Of a DNA stretch of 64,000 nucleotides, positions 1 through 10,300 are shown one piece after another; the stretch's first letter is position 1; every line of letters starts with the position of its first letter. The stretch is from positions 3,832-67,831 of the forward strand of contig JACPCP010000010.1 of NCBI GenBank assembly GCA_016179745.1, read 5' to 3'. Under the pieces are notes generated by a model. It had not been told where the DNA came from and did no database searches. It was given only the letters and a program-made list of their open reading frames with translations. Source of the stretch: Candidatus Omnitrophota bacterium (lineage in GTDB: Bacteria > Omnitrophota > Omnitrophia > Omnitrophales > JACQLI01). Position numbers and translations under genes: made by a program.

Positions 1-477
1 CTTCTTGTCGTTTTGGCCGGCGCAGCGGCCGGGGCCTTCAATCAATCCCAGGATCTTTTGAATTGGAATTATAATTTTGTCTCCCTGCAGAAGGAACTGC
101 GGCGGACCCTGGACGTGATGTCACGGGAGGTCCGGGAGTCGAGCCCCACAAGCCCCGGTGGAATTCTTCCCGTGACGGTGACTCCGGGAGTAAATCGTTT
201 CACATTTCAAATCCCGTCGGCCATCTCGGGAAACACTGTCACGGCCTGGACCCAAATCAGCTACGCCCTGACTGCCGACAACCGGGTCACCCGGACCGTC
301 GATAACGGGGCCCCTGTCGCCATTGGTTCCGACGTCCAAAGCCTGACGTTTGTCTACCCCTTGAACCTGCTGACAGCGCCTAGGACGGTCCAGATCCAAA
401 TCAACGGACGGAGAACGGCGCTCGAGAGGACCGTAACGGCAGCCCTGACCGGAGAGGTGACGCTCAGGAATCCCTAA
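1..477 (+). CDS. Type IV pilus minor pilin / pseudopilin-like protein (PilW/GspJ-like), 5' end outside window
   Basis: The reading frame is open from base 1 (LLVVLAGAAAGAF...), consistent with the hydrophobic N-terminal segment of a prepilin. It lies immediately upstream of a PilX-like gene. No start codon is visible in the window. Confidence 0.4.
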   Translation, partial: LLVVLAGAAAGAFNQSQDLLNWNYNFVSLQKELRRTLDVMSREVRESSPTSPGGILPVTVTPGVNRFTFQIPSAISGNTVTAWTQISYALTADNRVTRTVDNGAPVAIGSDVQSLTFVYPLNLLTAPRTVQIQINGRRTALERTVTAALTGEVTLRNP

Positions 478-488
478 AGGCAAAACCC

Positions 489-1616
489 ATGAGAACACTC
501 CCTGGCGAAAAATCTGGGATTCGGAAAAAGAAAGAAGGGGGATTTGTCCTGATTTATTTTCTTCTCCTGATTCTTGTCCTCTTGACGGGGGTCGGATCGT
601 TTTACGCCTTTGGTTTTGCGGACTTGAGGGCGTCCACCCGGACGGCGTGGCTCAGTCAGGCGCTCTACGTGGCAGAGGCGGGAATCGACCAAAAGCTAAC
701 TGAGCTTGCGACCGGCTCGACCGCCAACCTCACCGGCACGCTCAACTTTGACAATTTGGGAACCTACCAGGGCGCTTACGATGTCTTCTACGGAGAGGTG
801 GGCCCCTGCCAGAACCAGACGGGTTCGTGCGCCGTCAATCCCGACAGCGGGGCCGAGAGGCTGGTCACACAATACACGACGGGAGACGCCGTCATCTTCT
901 CCACCGGAACGATTTCTCAAAACGGGACCCTGCTCGCCCAAAAAATTGTTCGAATGACGGTCCGCCGGGACCCGCTCTTTGATCCCGACGGGGCGGTCTC
1001 CATCAACGGCGTCTCTTCCACGGCGGGGAGCATCACGGTGGACGGCCGGGAGCACGACCGGAACGGAAATCTCACCGGCGGGGCGGGAACGTTCGGGATC
1101 TCGACTTCCGGCAGCCGGTTCTCACAGGGCGGAAACTCCAAAATCGGCGGCAACGGACTGGCGCCGGCGAGGCCCGCACCGCCGGGGACCATTCAATTGA
1201 ATGCGCCCCTTCTTCCCAATACTCCCGAAGCCCTTCTCGGGTTAAGCGCCGGGGCCCTGGACCGGTTCAAGACCGACACGCCCCCTGCTGCGCCCTTCAA
1301 TGGCGTCGTCTATCTGACCCGGAGCTGGACCAGCGCCAACCTGGACCGTTCGAGCGGCATCTTGATTGTCCACGACGACGAGGGCGAAGCCAAACTTAAA
1401 AACGTGAGCGGGACTTTTAAAGGGGTCATCATCACCGACGATATTGAGCACATCAATTCCAACGCCAAATTGATCGGCGCCCTCTTCGGGCTCAAGTCGG
1501 AGGGGGTCACCCTGGGGAACGGAAACGCCGAGGTCCTCTTCAGTCCCGAAATCCTCGCCGGCCTCCCCCTCGCCAATTACAAGGTCACCTCCTGGGAAGA
1601 CTCCCAAAACGATTAA
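489..1616 (+). CDS. Type IV pilus assembly protein PilX-like minor pilin
   Basis: N-terminus has a hydrophobic helix (GGFVLIYFLLLILVLLTGVGSFYAF) typical of the PilX N-terminal domain. The rest is Gly/Thr/Asn-rich and non-enzymatic. It is adjacent to the pseudopilin-like gene. Confidence 0.5.
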   Translation: MRTLPGEKSGIRKKKEGGFVLIYFLLLILVLLTGVGSFYAFGFADLRASTRTAWLSQALYVAEAGIDQKLTELATGSTANLTGTLNFDNLGTYQGAYDVFYGEVGPCQNQTGSCAVNPDSGAERLVTQYTTGDAVIFSTGTISQNGTLLAQKIVRMTVRRDPLFDPDGAVSINGVSSTAGSITVDGREHDRNGNLTGGAGTFGISTSGSRFSQGGNSKIGGNGLAPARPAPPGTIQLNAPLLPNTPEALLGLSAGALDRFKTDTPPAAPFNGVVYLTRSWTSANLDRSSGILIVHDDEGEAKLKNVSGTFKGVIITDDIEHINSNAKLIGALFGLKSEGVTLGNGNAEVLFSPEILAGLPLANYKVTSWEDSQND

Positions 1617-1689
1617 CCCCTTTTTCGTCTGCAAGAAAGCCCTCCAGTTTTTGACGGACACTCGGCTATTCCATCATAGTAGCTAGTAA

Positions 1690-1878
1690 GGAGAAATTCT
1701 CCGGCGCTCTCGGCGCTCAGTCGCTTTGGATTCGGAAAGGTCTAAGGGCGATCTCGCTGGGGCCCCTCGCCGTTCCCCGTCCAATCTCTGCCCGGGGCCG
1801 GCGCTTCCCCCTAGCGATCTCGCCCAAGACTTTCTCGAATCCTCCGCGATTCGCGCCTCAAGCCCGGAGAATTTCTCC
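1690..1878. repeat. Two copies of a 13-bp palindrome GGAGAA(A/T)TTCTCC in a 500-bp non-coding region
   Basis: 1690-1702 GGAGAAATTCTCC and 1866-1878 GGAGAATTTCTCC. Both lie in the gene-free interval 1617-2145 upstream of the MFS transporter. Confidence 0.3.
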
Positions 1879-2145
1879 TTCTTAACGTCTCAAAGCTGGG
1901 AAGCCCCTCGCCACGGGCCGAATCGGATTCCCGGGTCTAGAAAATCTTGCGAGACGGCATGGGAAAGCCGGCGGCCCCCGTCCGGGGGAACGACGGAAGG
2001 GTTTTCCCGTGCCGGATCGCTTAGATTTTCTCCCGAGGAATCCGACTGAGGCCCGGGTGAGGGGCCTTCCCGGCTTAGGAACCGAGGCGAGAGGAGATTC
2101 TGCGGTGGGTGGGCATTTTGAGGAAAGGGGTCGATAAAGGAGTTT

Positions 2146-3330
2146 GTGAAGAGGAGATTGGCGCTCTACAGCTGGGCCTTCTATGATTTTGCCAATACGA
2201 TCTTCTCGGCCGTGGTCCTCACCTTCTATTTCCCCCTCTACCTGACCTCCATCACAGGACGGAATCTCAATCTTGGGCTGACGACCTCCTCGGCCATGGT
2301 CCTGGCCGGCCTCGTGGTGCCGTGGCTCGGGGGTTTGAGCGACCGCACCGGAAAAACCAAGACCTATTTGATTCTGACGACCCTCCTTTGCGTGACCTTC
2401 ACGGTTTACCTTTCCTTCGCCCGCTCGGTTTCATCGCTCACGATGGGCTTCCTGGCAGCGTGCTTTTTCTATCACGCCTCGCTCGTTTTCTATTGCGCCC
2501 TGCTCCCGGTCGTGGCCGGGCCGAAAAATCAGGGCTTTGCCTCGGGCCTCGGGACGGCGCTCGGCTATTTCGGGGTCCTCCTGGCTGTTCCGATTGCGCA
2601 CCTCGTGGATTATTATTGGGGGCGCCGCTATGTCTTTGTCACCGCAGGCATTCTCTTCTGGATCTCAAGCCTCCCCCTCTTTTTCTGGGTGCCGGAGCGG
2701 AAAGTTGCTCAACCGCTCAAGCCCTCCTTGAAACTTTTTCTGGAAGAGTGGTTCAAGGTTTTTGGGACCGTGGCCGCTTTGACGAAGCGCCGGGCGCTTC
2801 TTTTTTTTCTGGCGGGGAATTTTTTCGTGGTCGAGGCCCTGAATACGGTGATCTTCTGGTTTGTGGTCTACCTCTCCCGGGTCTTTAACCCTTCTCAGGT
2901 CCAGCTGCTCTCGATCTTTCTCGGCCTCAATGCCGGCGCCTTTGTCTTTGGGCTTGTGGCGGGGCGCCTCGCCGACCGCTGGGGCTCCCAAAAAACACTC
3001 CTCGCCAGCGCAGCGTCGATTTTCGGGACCTTGCTCCTCCTGAGCTTGATTCATCACCTGGGACTTTTCGTGACGCTCAGCCTGACGGGCGGGGCCTTCG
3101 GTCTGGCCGGGACCTGGACGGCGGGGCGGAAGCGGCTCGTGGAACTTTCTCCGGAAGAGGAAATCGGGAAATATTTCGGGCTCTACAACCTGACGACCAA
3201 AATTTCTGTGGTGAGCAGTTTGATCTTTTCCCTGCTGGCCGACCGCTTCGGCTTTGAGCGGGCCCTCTTGAGCCAGACCCTCCCCGCCGCCCTCGGTCTC
3301 TTCTTTCTCTGGCGCTCTTCGGAAAAATAG
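2146..3330 (+). CDS. MFS transporter (UMF1/Atg22-like family)
   Basis: 394 aa with about 12 predicted TM helices. N-terminal YSWAFYDFANTIF motif is characteristic of the UMF1/Atg22-like MFS family. GTG start. Confidence 0.65.
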   Translation: MKRRLALYSWAFYDFANTIFSAVVLTFYFPLYLTSITGRNLNLGLTTSSAMVLAGLVVPWLGGLSDRTGKTKTYLILTTLLCVTFTVYLSFARSVSSLTMGFLAACFFYHASLVFYCALLPVVAGPKNQGFASGLGTALGYFGVLLAVPIAHLVDYYWGRRYVFVTAGILFWISSLPLFFWVPERKVAQPLKPSLKLFLEEWFKVFGTVAALTKRRALLFFLAGNFFVVEALNTVIFWFVVYLSRVFNPSQVQLLSIFLGLNAGAFVFGLVAGRLADRWGSQKTLLASAASIFGTLLLLSLIHHLGLFVTLSLTGGAFGLAGTWTAGRKRLVELSPEEEIGKYFGLYNLTTKISVVSSLIFSLLADRFGFERALLSQTLPAALGLFFLWRSSEK

Positions 3331-3345
3331 CGCCCACAGTCCTCT

Positions 3346-3582
3346 TTAAGCAGGCTGATAACGGGAGGCGTAGTGGTCCAGGAGCTCCCGAATCATTCGT
3401 TGATATTTCGTGTGATGTTTCCGGGCCTGATGTTTAAAGAACTCCACGCTGGAACGGTTTAATGAAAGGGTGACTTTAAGGGTCGGTTCCGGATAGGCCA
3501 GCTCACCCGGGGGCGGCAAAAAATCTTCGACGCGCCGCAGTTTTCCCATCGGCATGTCGGGGTCACGCATTTTCTTTTTCAT
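3346..3582 (-). CDS. brnA: BrnA antitoxin (RHH-type, COG3514-like)
   Basis: C-terminal KVTLSLNRSSVEFFKHQARKHHTKYQRMIRELLDHYA matches the BrnA family. It overlaps the 3' end of the upstream BrnT-like gene. Internal start MKKKMRD chosen. Confidence 0.6.
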   Translation of the reverse strand: MKKKMRDPDMPMGKLRRVEDFLPPPGELAYPEPTLKVTLSLNRSSVEFFKHQARKHHTKYQRMIRELLDHYASRYQPA

Positions 3583-3838
3583 AGTATCTTTTCCCCTTTC
3601 TCCAATACCCGGCACCAAAAATCCTGATCTTGCCGTGGCGGTAAACAAATCTGACGGTCAGAATCTCTCCTCCCGCTTTTCCGACACAAAAGTATCTTTC
3701 TTCGCCCCTGCCATGCTTGTCATCCTCGTAGATTTTTCTTCCCGGGTCCTGAAATACCCTGGAAGCTGTTGCGAAATCCACCCCGTGCTTCCAGAGATTG
3801 ATGAGATCCTTATGAGCGTCCCAAACGAAACTGCTCAT
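3563..3838 (-). CDS. brnT: BrnT toxin (DUF497/COG2929 ribonuclease toxin)
   Basis: 91 aa. WDAHKDLINLWKHGVDF...FQDP...EERYFCVGKAGG.ILTVRFVYRHGKIRIFGAGYWRKG matches the BrnT/DUF497 consensus. Forms a toxin-then-antitoxin pair with the downstream overlapping BrnA. Confidence 0.65.
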   Translation of the reverse strand: MSSFVWDAHKDLINLWKHGVDFATASRVFQDPGRKIYEDDKHGRGEERYFCVGKAGGEILTVRFVYRHGKIRIFGAGYWRKGKRYYEKENA

Positions 3839-4077
3839 GGCCTGCCGGCCTTGCGAAGGTTAGCACAGAACCTTACATTAGTAAATACTATTTTATGTAT
3901 CGTTTTATTGCCTGTGGGCATCAAAATACCCTCCCGACGTTTTTTGTCGCATTTGGTTTGGAGGGTGAGGCGGGGTGGCCGACTTTTACGGGGGACGTTT
4001 TACGCCCATAACCCTGTTGGTTTACGGCAGATTATAACGCACGAGGTGACTCAAGAAAAGGGCTTCGCGGTTTGGAA

Positions 4078-4266
4078 CTACTCGCCCGGGGCGGCGGAGA
4101 AGTGAGTGACCTCGTTTCCTTCAAAGCGGACTTCAAATTGAATCGGACGGCAGCAAATCTCGCAATCCTGCACGAACTCCTGCTTCTGTCCGCCGCTCGC
4201 ATCCAAACGCACGCTGAGCTCCTCCCCGCAGTGCGGACACGTGAAAGAACGGTCCTGCTCAATCAT
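4078..4266 (-). CDS. CPXCG-motif cysteine-rich zinc-ribbon protein
   Basis: 62 aa with two Cys pairs (CPHCG ... CEICC), matching the CPXCG small-protein family. Confidence 0.5.
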   Translation of the reverse strand: MIEQDRSFTCPHCGEELSVRLDASGGQKQEFVQDCEICCRPIQFEVRFEGNEVTHFSAAPGE

Positions 4267-4321
4267 AAATCAAGCCTGAGCTGAAAAACCGGACGGCGTC
4301 CGGTGGGGACGGGTTAGCCAT

Positions 4322-5350
4322 TCATTCGCTGACTCGGACGGCGAGGGAGTGGCTGAGGAGTTCTTGATTGACGTAGGTCTCGTCCACCCAAACATCGGCC
4401 AAGTAGCGGTCGTATTTGTCGGATTTGACGGTGCGGATGAGAATGGGAAAGGGCCTCGCAAGGAGGGTGGTGAGGAATTCCTTGGCCTCCCGGCCTTCGG
4501 CGGTTTCGATTTCGGGGGCGTCCAGGCCACGGAGACGGAGCTTTTGAGTCGTGGTGAATCCAAACCCGAGATCGATCAAGGCATAAAAGGTGTCGCCGTC
4601 GACGATGTGCCTCACGTAGGCCCGGTAGGTGAAGAGATCCTTCCCGGCGAACTCCCGGTGATTCTTCTTAACCTTCCCCTTCTCCAGCGTGACAATCTCC
4701 CCCGGCTTAAACCTGCCGAATTTTTCCGGACGGAAGAAACTTGAAAAGCCGAGGTCCAAGGCCAGTTCCTTTTTATAAGGACCGTCCACCGCCACCACCA
4801 CACGGTAGGTGCCCGGCTTCCCGAGAGTTGCAGTCAGAATGGGTTCAGAAATATTTTCTTCGGCTTGTCCCTTCGCCCGCTTCCGCCTACGGACCTCTTC
4901 ACGAAGCCGGTTGCGACTCCAGCCCTGGCGGACCGCCTCTTTGGCCACCGCTTCTCTTTCTTCGGGATCATTGAGCGCCAAAAGGGCGTGGTAATGACTC
5001 CAACTTAATTCGTCAGCTGGCTGACGAATTGGATAAGCCCGAGCAAATTGGAGCATATATTTTAGCTCGGTCTCGTTGGTTCCCAAATCCTGGGCGAGTC
5101 TGAGGATGACCTTTTCTCCATAATCCGCCCGCTCCTTATGCTGAAGCACGTGTTCGTCGATCAGCTTGCCGATCTCCCAGGCCTCACGCACTTTCTCTTG
5201 ATTGATTGCCTGGTCAATTCTCTTCTGGCTGGCGGTTTGGACCTCACGAATTCGACGTAAAAGCTCGTCGTAGGTTTGAATCTCTGGCTGTGCCGCAAAA
5301 ACCGGGAACGAGAATTGAAGGATGAGAAAGAAGGAGAGAAAAATCTTCAT
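4322..5350 (-). CDS. Secreted fusion protein: DUF1016 (YhcG) N-terminal domain + staphylococcal-nuclease-like (SNase/thermonuclease) domain
   Basis: Signal peptide MKIFLSFFLILQFSFPVFAAQPE. Middle region WEIGKLIDEHV...YGEKVILRLAQDLG...LKYMLQFARAYP...LSWSHYHALLAL matches DUF1016_N. C-terminus HIVDGDTFYAL...LRLRGLDAPE...DRYLADVWVD carries SNase catalytic motifs. Confidence 0.6.
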   Translation of the reverse strand: MKIFLSFFLILQFSFPVFAAQPEIQTYDELLRRIREVQTASQKRIDQAINQEKVREAWEIGKLIDEHVLQHKERADYGEKVILRLAQDLGTNETELKYMLQFARAYPIRQPADELSWSHYHALLALNDPEEREAVAKEAVRQGWSRNRLREEVRRRKRAKGQAEENISEPILTATLGKPGTYRVVVAVDGPYKKELALDLGFSSFFRPEKFGRFKPGEIVTLEKGKVKKNHREFAGKDLFTYRAYVRHIVDGDTFYALIDLGFGFTTTQKLRLRGLDAPEIETAEGREAKEFLTTLLARPFPILIRTVKSDKYDRYLADVWVDETYVNQELLSHSLAVRVSE

Positions 5351-5401
5351 GAGTTCCGTTCCCCGTTTGCCTGTCCCCCCAAAGGGGACTGTCCCCTGAC
5401 C

Positions 5402-5878
5402 TCAACCGCCGTAGTGCCAGGCGGTGTCTTTCATGGTGAGCGAATCCACGTCCTGCACCAGTTCGCCGTCGATGACCTCGGCCATCACAATGTCGTGGTC
5501 GCCGCCCGGGATGATCTGCTTCGCCTGGCACTCGAGGTGACCGATGGCTTCGTCCAAGACCGGCGCCCCATTTTTCCCGACGTGAAACGGGACTTCACCG
5601 AATTTTCCGTCTTTGGCCTCGTGGGGGCGGAAGAAACGCTCGACCAGTTTTTTCTGGTCCTTGGAGGGAAAATTGATGCTGAAAAAAGGATTGTGCTCGA
5701 GCATCGTATGGGAATAGCTCCCCTTTTTGAGGCCCAGCATCAGAAGCGGCGGTTCGAAGGAGCACTGCGAAAGCCAGCTCCCGACCATCGCATGAAGTTT
5801 CTCGCCGTCCCTCAGGCCCAAAATGTAAAGCCCGTAGGGAATTTTACGCAGGATTTTTTTTCGGGTTTCCTTTTCCAT
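5402..5878 (-). CDS. Flavin reductase-like (FMN-binding split-barrel) protein
   Basis: Internal start [15 protein letters not shown]...AMVGSWLSQCSFEPPLLMLGL matches the Flavin_Reduct family. Immediately downstream of gltD, with start/stop overlap. Confidence 0.6.
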   Translation of the reverse strand: MEKETRKKILRKIPYGLYILGLRDGEKLHAMVGSWLSQCSFEPPLLMLGLKKGSYSHTMLEHNPFFSINFPSKDQKKLVERFFRPHEAKDGKFGEVPFHVGKNGAPVLDEAIGHLECQAKQIIPGGDHDIVMAEVIDGELVQDVDSLTMKDTAWHYGG

Positions 5879-7359
5879 CAGGGTAGATCGCTCCTTCCCA
5901 TTAAATATTCGTCCACCGCACGGGCGGCGAGGCGGCCTTCGTGAATGGCCCAAACAATGAGGCTTTGGCCGCGACGCATATCCCCTGCCGCAAAAACCCC
6001 TTTGAGACTGGTCGCAAATTTTCCGTATTCGGCTTTGACGTTGGAGCGCTCGTCGCGCTCAACCCCGAGCTCGGAGAGGACCGTGTCCTCGGGCCCGAGA
6101 AAGCCCATTGCAAGGAGGACCAACTGAGCCGGGAAAATTTTCTCAGAACCAAAAACTTGTTTTGGAACAAAGCGCCCCTTTTCGTCCTTCTGCCATTCGA
6201 CCTCCACAATTTCGATCCCTTTCACCTGCCCGTTTTCATCCCCGATAAAACGCTTGGCCGTGACAAGGTATTTCCGGGGGTCCCCGCCAAAAGCCGCCGC
6301 TGCCTCCTCCTGCCCGTAATCCAATTGATACACCTTCGGCCACTGGGGCCAGGGATTATCGGGAGCGCGTTCCAAGGGCGGCTTCGGAAGGATTTCAAGC
6401 TGGGTGAGGCCCTTGCAGTGATGACGCATTGCGGTCCCGACACAGTCGGTTCCGGTGTCGCCGCCGCCGATCACGATCACGTCTTTATTCTCCGCCGAAA
6501 TGTATTTTCCGTTTTTCCGGCCGTCGAGGAGCGACTTCGTGTTGGCGTGCAGGAATTCCATCGCAAAATGGACGCCCTTCAAATTGCGCCCTTCGATCGG
6601 AAGGTCCCGGGGTTTTGTGGCGCCGCACGAGAGCAGGACGGCGTCGAAGTCCTTCAAAAGTTTGGCGGCCGGGACATTTTTTCCGATCTCTGTATTCGTC
6701 ACAAATTTGACGCCCTCTTGAGCCAAAAGGTCCACCCGGCGCTGGACGATTTTTTTGTCGAGCTTGGGATTCGGAATCCCATACATCAAGAGTCCTCCAA
6801 TGCGGTCCGAGCGTTCAAAGACCGTCACCCGGTGGCCTGCCCGGTTGAGCTGGGCCGCCCCGGAAAGCCCGGCCGGCCCGGACCCCACGACCGCCACCTT
6901 TTTCCCGGTGCGCTTCTCGGGCGGCTCCGGCTTGACCCAGCCTTCGTCAAACCCTTTGTCGATGATGGCGCATTCGATATTTTTGATCGTGACGGGCGGT
7001 TCGTTGATCCCCAGAACGCAGGACCCTTCACAGGGCGCCGGGCAAACCCTTCCGGTAAATTCCGGAAAATTATTGGTCTTGTGGAGCCGCTCCAGCGCCT
7101 CCCGCCAGAGCCCCCGGTAGACGAGGTCATTCCATTCGGGGATGAGATTGTTGATGGGACAACCCGAAGCCATTCCGGCGAGGAGGGTCCCGTCGTGGCA
7201 AAAGGGAATGCCGCAATCCATACAACGCGCGCCCTGCTCCTGCAATTTCGCCTCCGGCAGGCGCAGGTGAAATTCCTGCCAATCGTTGATGCGCCCCCGG
7301 GGAGAGCGGTCTTCGGGCAGTTCGCGGGGAATTTCGAAGAATCCGGTAGGTTTGCCCAT
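5878..7359 (-). CDS. gltD: Glutamate synthase (NADPH) small subunit
   Basis: 493 aa. N-terminal Cys clusters ([19 protein letters not shown]), FAD/NAD Rossmann motif [10 protein letters not shown], and conserved GltD C-terminus. Directly downstream of gltB. Confidence 0.9.
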   Translation of the reverse strand: MGKPTGFFEIPRELPEDRSPRGRINDWQEFHLRLPEAKLQEQGARCMDCGIPFCHDGTLLAGMASGCPINNLIPEWNDLVYRGLWREALERLHKTNNFPEFTGRVCPAPCEGSCVLGINEPPVTIKNIECAIIDKGFDEGWVKPEPPEKRTGKKVAVVGSGPAGLSGAAQLNRAGHRVTVFERSDRIGGLLMYGIPNPKLDKKIVQRRVDLLAQEGVKFVTNTEIGKNVPAAKLLKDFDAVLLSCGATKPRDLPIEGRNLKGVHFAMEFLHANTKSLLDGRKNGKYISAENKDVIVIGGGDTGTDCVGTAMRHHCKGLTQLEILPKPPLERAPDNPWPQWPKVYQLDYGQEEAAAAFGGDPRKYLVTAKRFIGDENGQVKGIEIVEVEWQKDEKGRFVPKQVFGSEKIFPAQLVLLAMGFLGPEDTVLSELGVERDERSNVKAEYGKFATSLKGVFAAGDMRRGQSLIVWAIHEGRLAARAVDEYLMGRSDLP

Positions 7360-7381
7360 GGAAAGAGTCCGGCCTCAGACC

Positions 7382-10300
7382 TTAATTGCCGCCCACCCTT
7401 GAAAGGTCACGGGCATTTTCTTCAAAGGCGGCCATGATGGCTTCCTCTCCGCCGAGGCCCGCGCTTTTGACGCGCTCGAGTGCCTGCAGGACCCGTTTGT
7501 AATCTTTCGGAAGGACCTTCACAAATTTTGAAACCATCTCATCCCACAAATTCAAAATTTGCCGGGCCCGCCCGCTAGCCGTGGTTTGGACGTGCCGTTC
7601 AATCATGCCTCGAACAATCTCGATTTCCTCCCGGTCCTCGAGACGGCCAAGCTCCACCATCTGCTTGTTGCAAAGCGGCGGAAAAGTCCCGGCCGTGTCC
7701 AGGACATAGGCCACGCCCCCGGACATCCCGGCCGCAAAATTCCGCCCCGTGGGGCCCAGCACCACGACCCGGCCGCCGGTCATGTATTCACAGCCGTGAT
7801 CGCCCACAGCGTCAACCACGGCGTTGACGCCGCTATTCCGGACGCAGAACCGCTCGCCGGCCATTCCGTGAATGTAAGCCTCTCCCGCCGTGGCCCCGTA
7901 AAAAGCCACGTTGCCCACAATGATATTTTCCTCCGGGACAAACGTGGCGTCCTTCGAGGGGTAGACAATGATCTTCCCGCCCGAGAGCCCCTTGCCGATG
8001 TAATCGTTTGAATCGCCCTCGAGCTCAAGCGTCATCCCTTTGGGAATAAAAGCACCGAAACTCTGGCCCGCCGACCCCTTGAAACACAAATGGATCGTGT
8101 CGTCCGGAAGCCCGGCCGGCCCGTGGCGGAGCGTCAATTCACTGCCGACAATCGTTCCCACCACCCGGTTCGTGTTGCGGATGGGAAGCGAGGCTTCGAC
8201 CTTTTCACCTCTCGTGAGGGCGGATTCGCAGATTTTGAGCAGGGTCGTGTGGTCGAGCGCCTTCGCAAGCCCGTGGTCCTGGGGAATCTGGCAGTAGCGG
8301 CCCACGTCCGGCGCCGCCTTCGGCTGGTAAAGGATGGCCGAAAAATCGAGCCCCCTCGCCTTCCAATGTTCGACCGCCTTTTCCGCGTCGAGCCGGTCCG
8401 TCCGGCCGACCATCTCGTTGACCGTTCGAAAGCCGAGCTGGGCCATGAGCTCCCGTGCCTCTTGGGCGATGAACTTCATAAAATTGACCGCGTGGGCCGG
8501 GTCGCCGGTAAATTTCTTGCGAAGTTCCGGGTCCTGCGTCGCCACCCCGACCGGACAGGTGTTGAGGTGGCAGACTCGCATCATAATACAGCCCAGGGTC
8601 ACGAGGGGCGCTGTCGCAAAACCAAACTCCTCGGCGCCGAGAAGCGCCGCAATGACAACGTCCCGGCCCGTTTTGAGCTGGCCGTCCGTCTCGACCGCAA
8701 TTCGACTGCGCAAATTATTGAGGACCAGCGTTTGATGCGTTTCGGCGAGTCCCAATTCCCACGGGATGCCGGCGTGTTTGATGCTGGATTGAGGGCTCGC
8801 CCCGGTGCCGCCGTCGTGGCCGCTGATTAAAACCACATCGGCGTGGGCCTTTGCCACCCCCGCCGCAATCGTCCCGACGCCCACCTCGGCCACGAGCTTC
8901 ACACTGATCCGGGCGTTTTGATTGGAATTCTTGAGATCGTGAATCAGTTCCGCCAGGTCTTCAATGGAATAAATATCGTGGTGGGGCGGCGGTGAAATGA
9001 GTCCCACGCCCGGCGTGGAATAGCGGACCTTCGCAATCCAGGGATAAACTTTCTGCCCGGGCAATTGCCCGCCTTCGCCCGGCTTGGCGCCCTGCGCCAT
9101 TTTGATTTGGAGCTCCCTCGCATTCACGAGGTAAAGGCTTGTGACGCCGAACCGCCCGGAAGCGACTTGTTTGATGGCACTGTTCCTCGAATCGCCGTTG
9201 GGGTCAAGCTGGTAACGGTTCGGATCCTCCCCGCCTTCTCCGGTGTTGCTCTTGCCGCCGATTCGATTCATCGCAATCGCCAGGCTCTCGTGCGCCTCCT
9301 GGCTGATCGAACCATAGGACATGGCCCCGGTCTTGAAGCGTTTCACAATGGACTCCACCGGCTCCACCTCTTCGATCGGAACCGGCTTCCCGGCAAACTT
9401 AAAATCGAGCAGGCCCCGCAGCGTGCAATAGTGGGTGTTGTGGTTATTCACGGCCTCAGAGTATTCCTTGAAGACTTTGTAGTTCGCCGTGCGGGCCGCA
9501 AGCTGCAATTTGTGGACCGTCTCCGGATTGAAGAGATGGTATTCGCCGTCCCGCCGCCACTGGTATTGGCCCCCGGGGTCGAGGGTGCGCCCATTCACGG
9601 AACGCTCGGGAAAGGCATGCTCGTGCCGCTTCCGGACCTCCTCAGCCAATTCCTCGAGCCCAATCCCTTCCACCCGGGAGGCCGTCCAGGTGAAATATTT
9701 GTCAATCACGGAGTGATTCAGGCCGATCGCCTCAAAAATTTGCGCGCCCCGGTAACTTTGAATGGTGGAAATTCCCATCTTGGACATCGTTTTGACGACG
9801 CCCTTGGCGATGGCCTTGGCGTAATTTTTCACGGCGGTCTTGTGGTCGATGTCTTTCAAAATCCCCTGGCGAATCATGTCGTCCAGGGTCTCAAAGGCGA
9901 GGTAGGGGTTCACCGCCCCGCACCCGTAACCGATGAGAAGCGCAAAGTGGTGCACCTCCCGGGGCTCGCCCGACTCCAGCACAAGCCCCACCCTCGTCCG
10001 GGTCCCTTCCCGAATCAGGTGATGGTGAAGCCCTGAAACCGCAAGGAGCGCCGGAATGGCGGCGTGTTCCCGGTCAATTCCCCGGTCAGAGAGAACAATA
10101 ATGTTGGTCCCCTTTCGAATCGCCTGACTCGCCTTTTTAAAAAGCTCCTCGAGCGAGCGCTCCAATCCCTTCCCGCCCTCTGAAACCTTGTAAAGGATCG
10201 AAAGCGTCACCGATTTGAAATCCCGGTGCTGGACATGACGAAGCTTCTCGAATTCCTCGTTGGTCAGGACCGGGCTTTTCAATTTAATTTGGCGGCAGCT

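Noticed and set aside
1726-2049. 107-aa ORF in the 500-bp intergenic interval
   Set aside because: The Pro/Ser/Arg-rich translation has no RBS and no homology signal. It is treated as non-coding.
5941-7437. 498-aa ORF on the plus strand
   Set aside because: It lies entirely antisense to gltD. The translation is Arg/Pro/Gly-rich low complexity with no motifs. This is a typical shadow ORF in GC-rich DNA opposite a strongly supported gene.
9065-10036. 323-aa plus-strand ORF and several other 100-250-aa ORFs inside gltB
   Set aside because: These are all antisense shadows of gltB. None has motifs or plausible starts.
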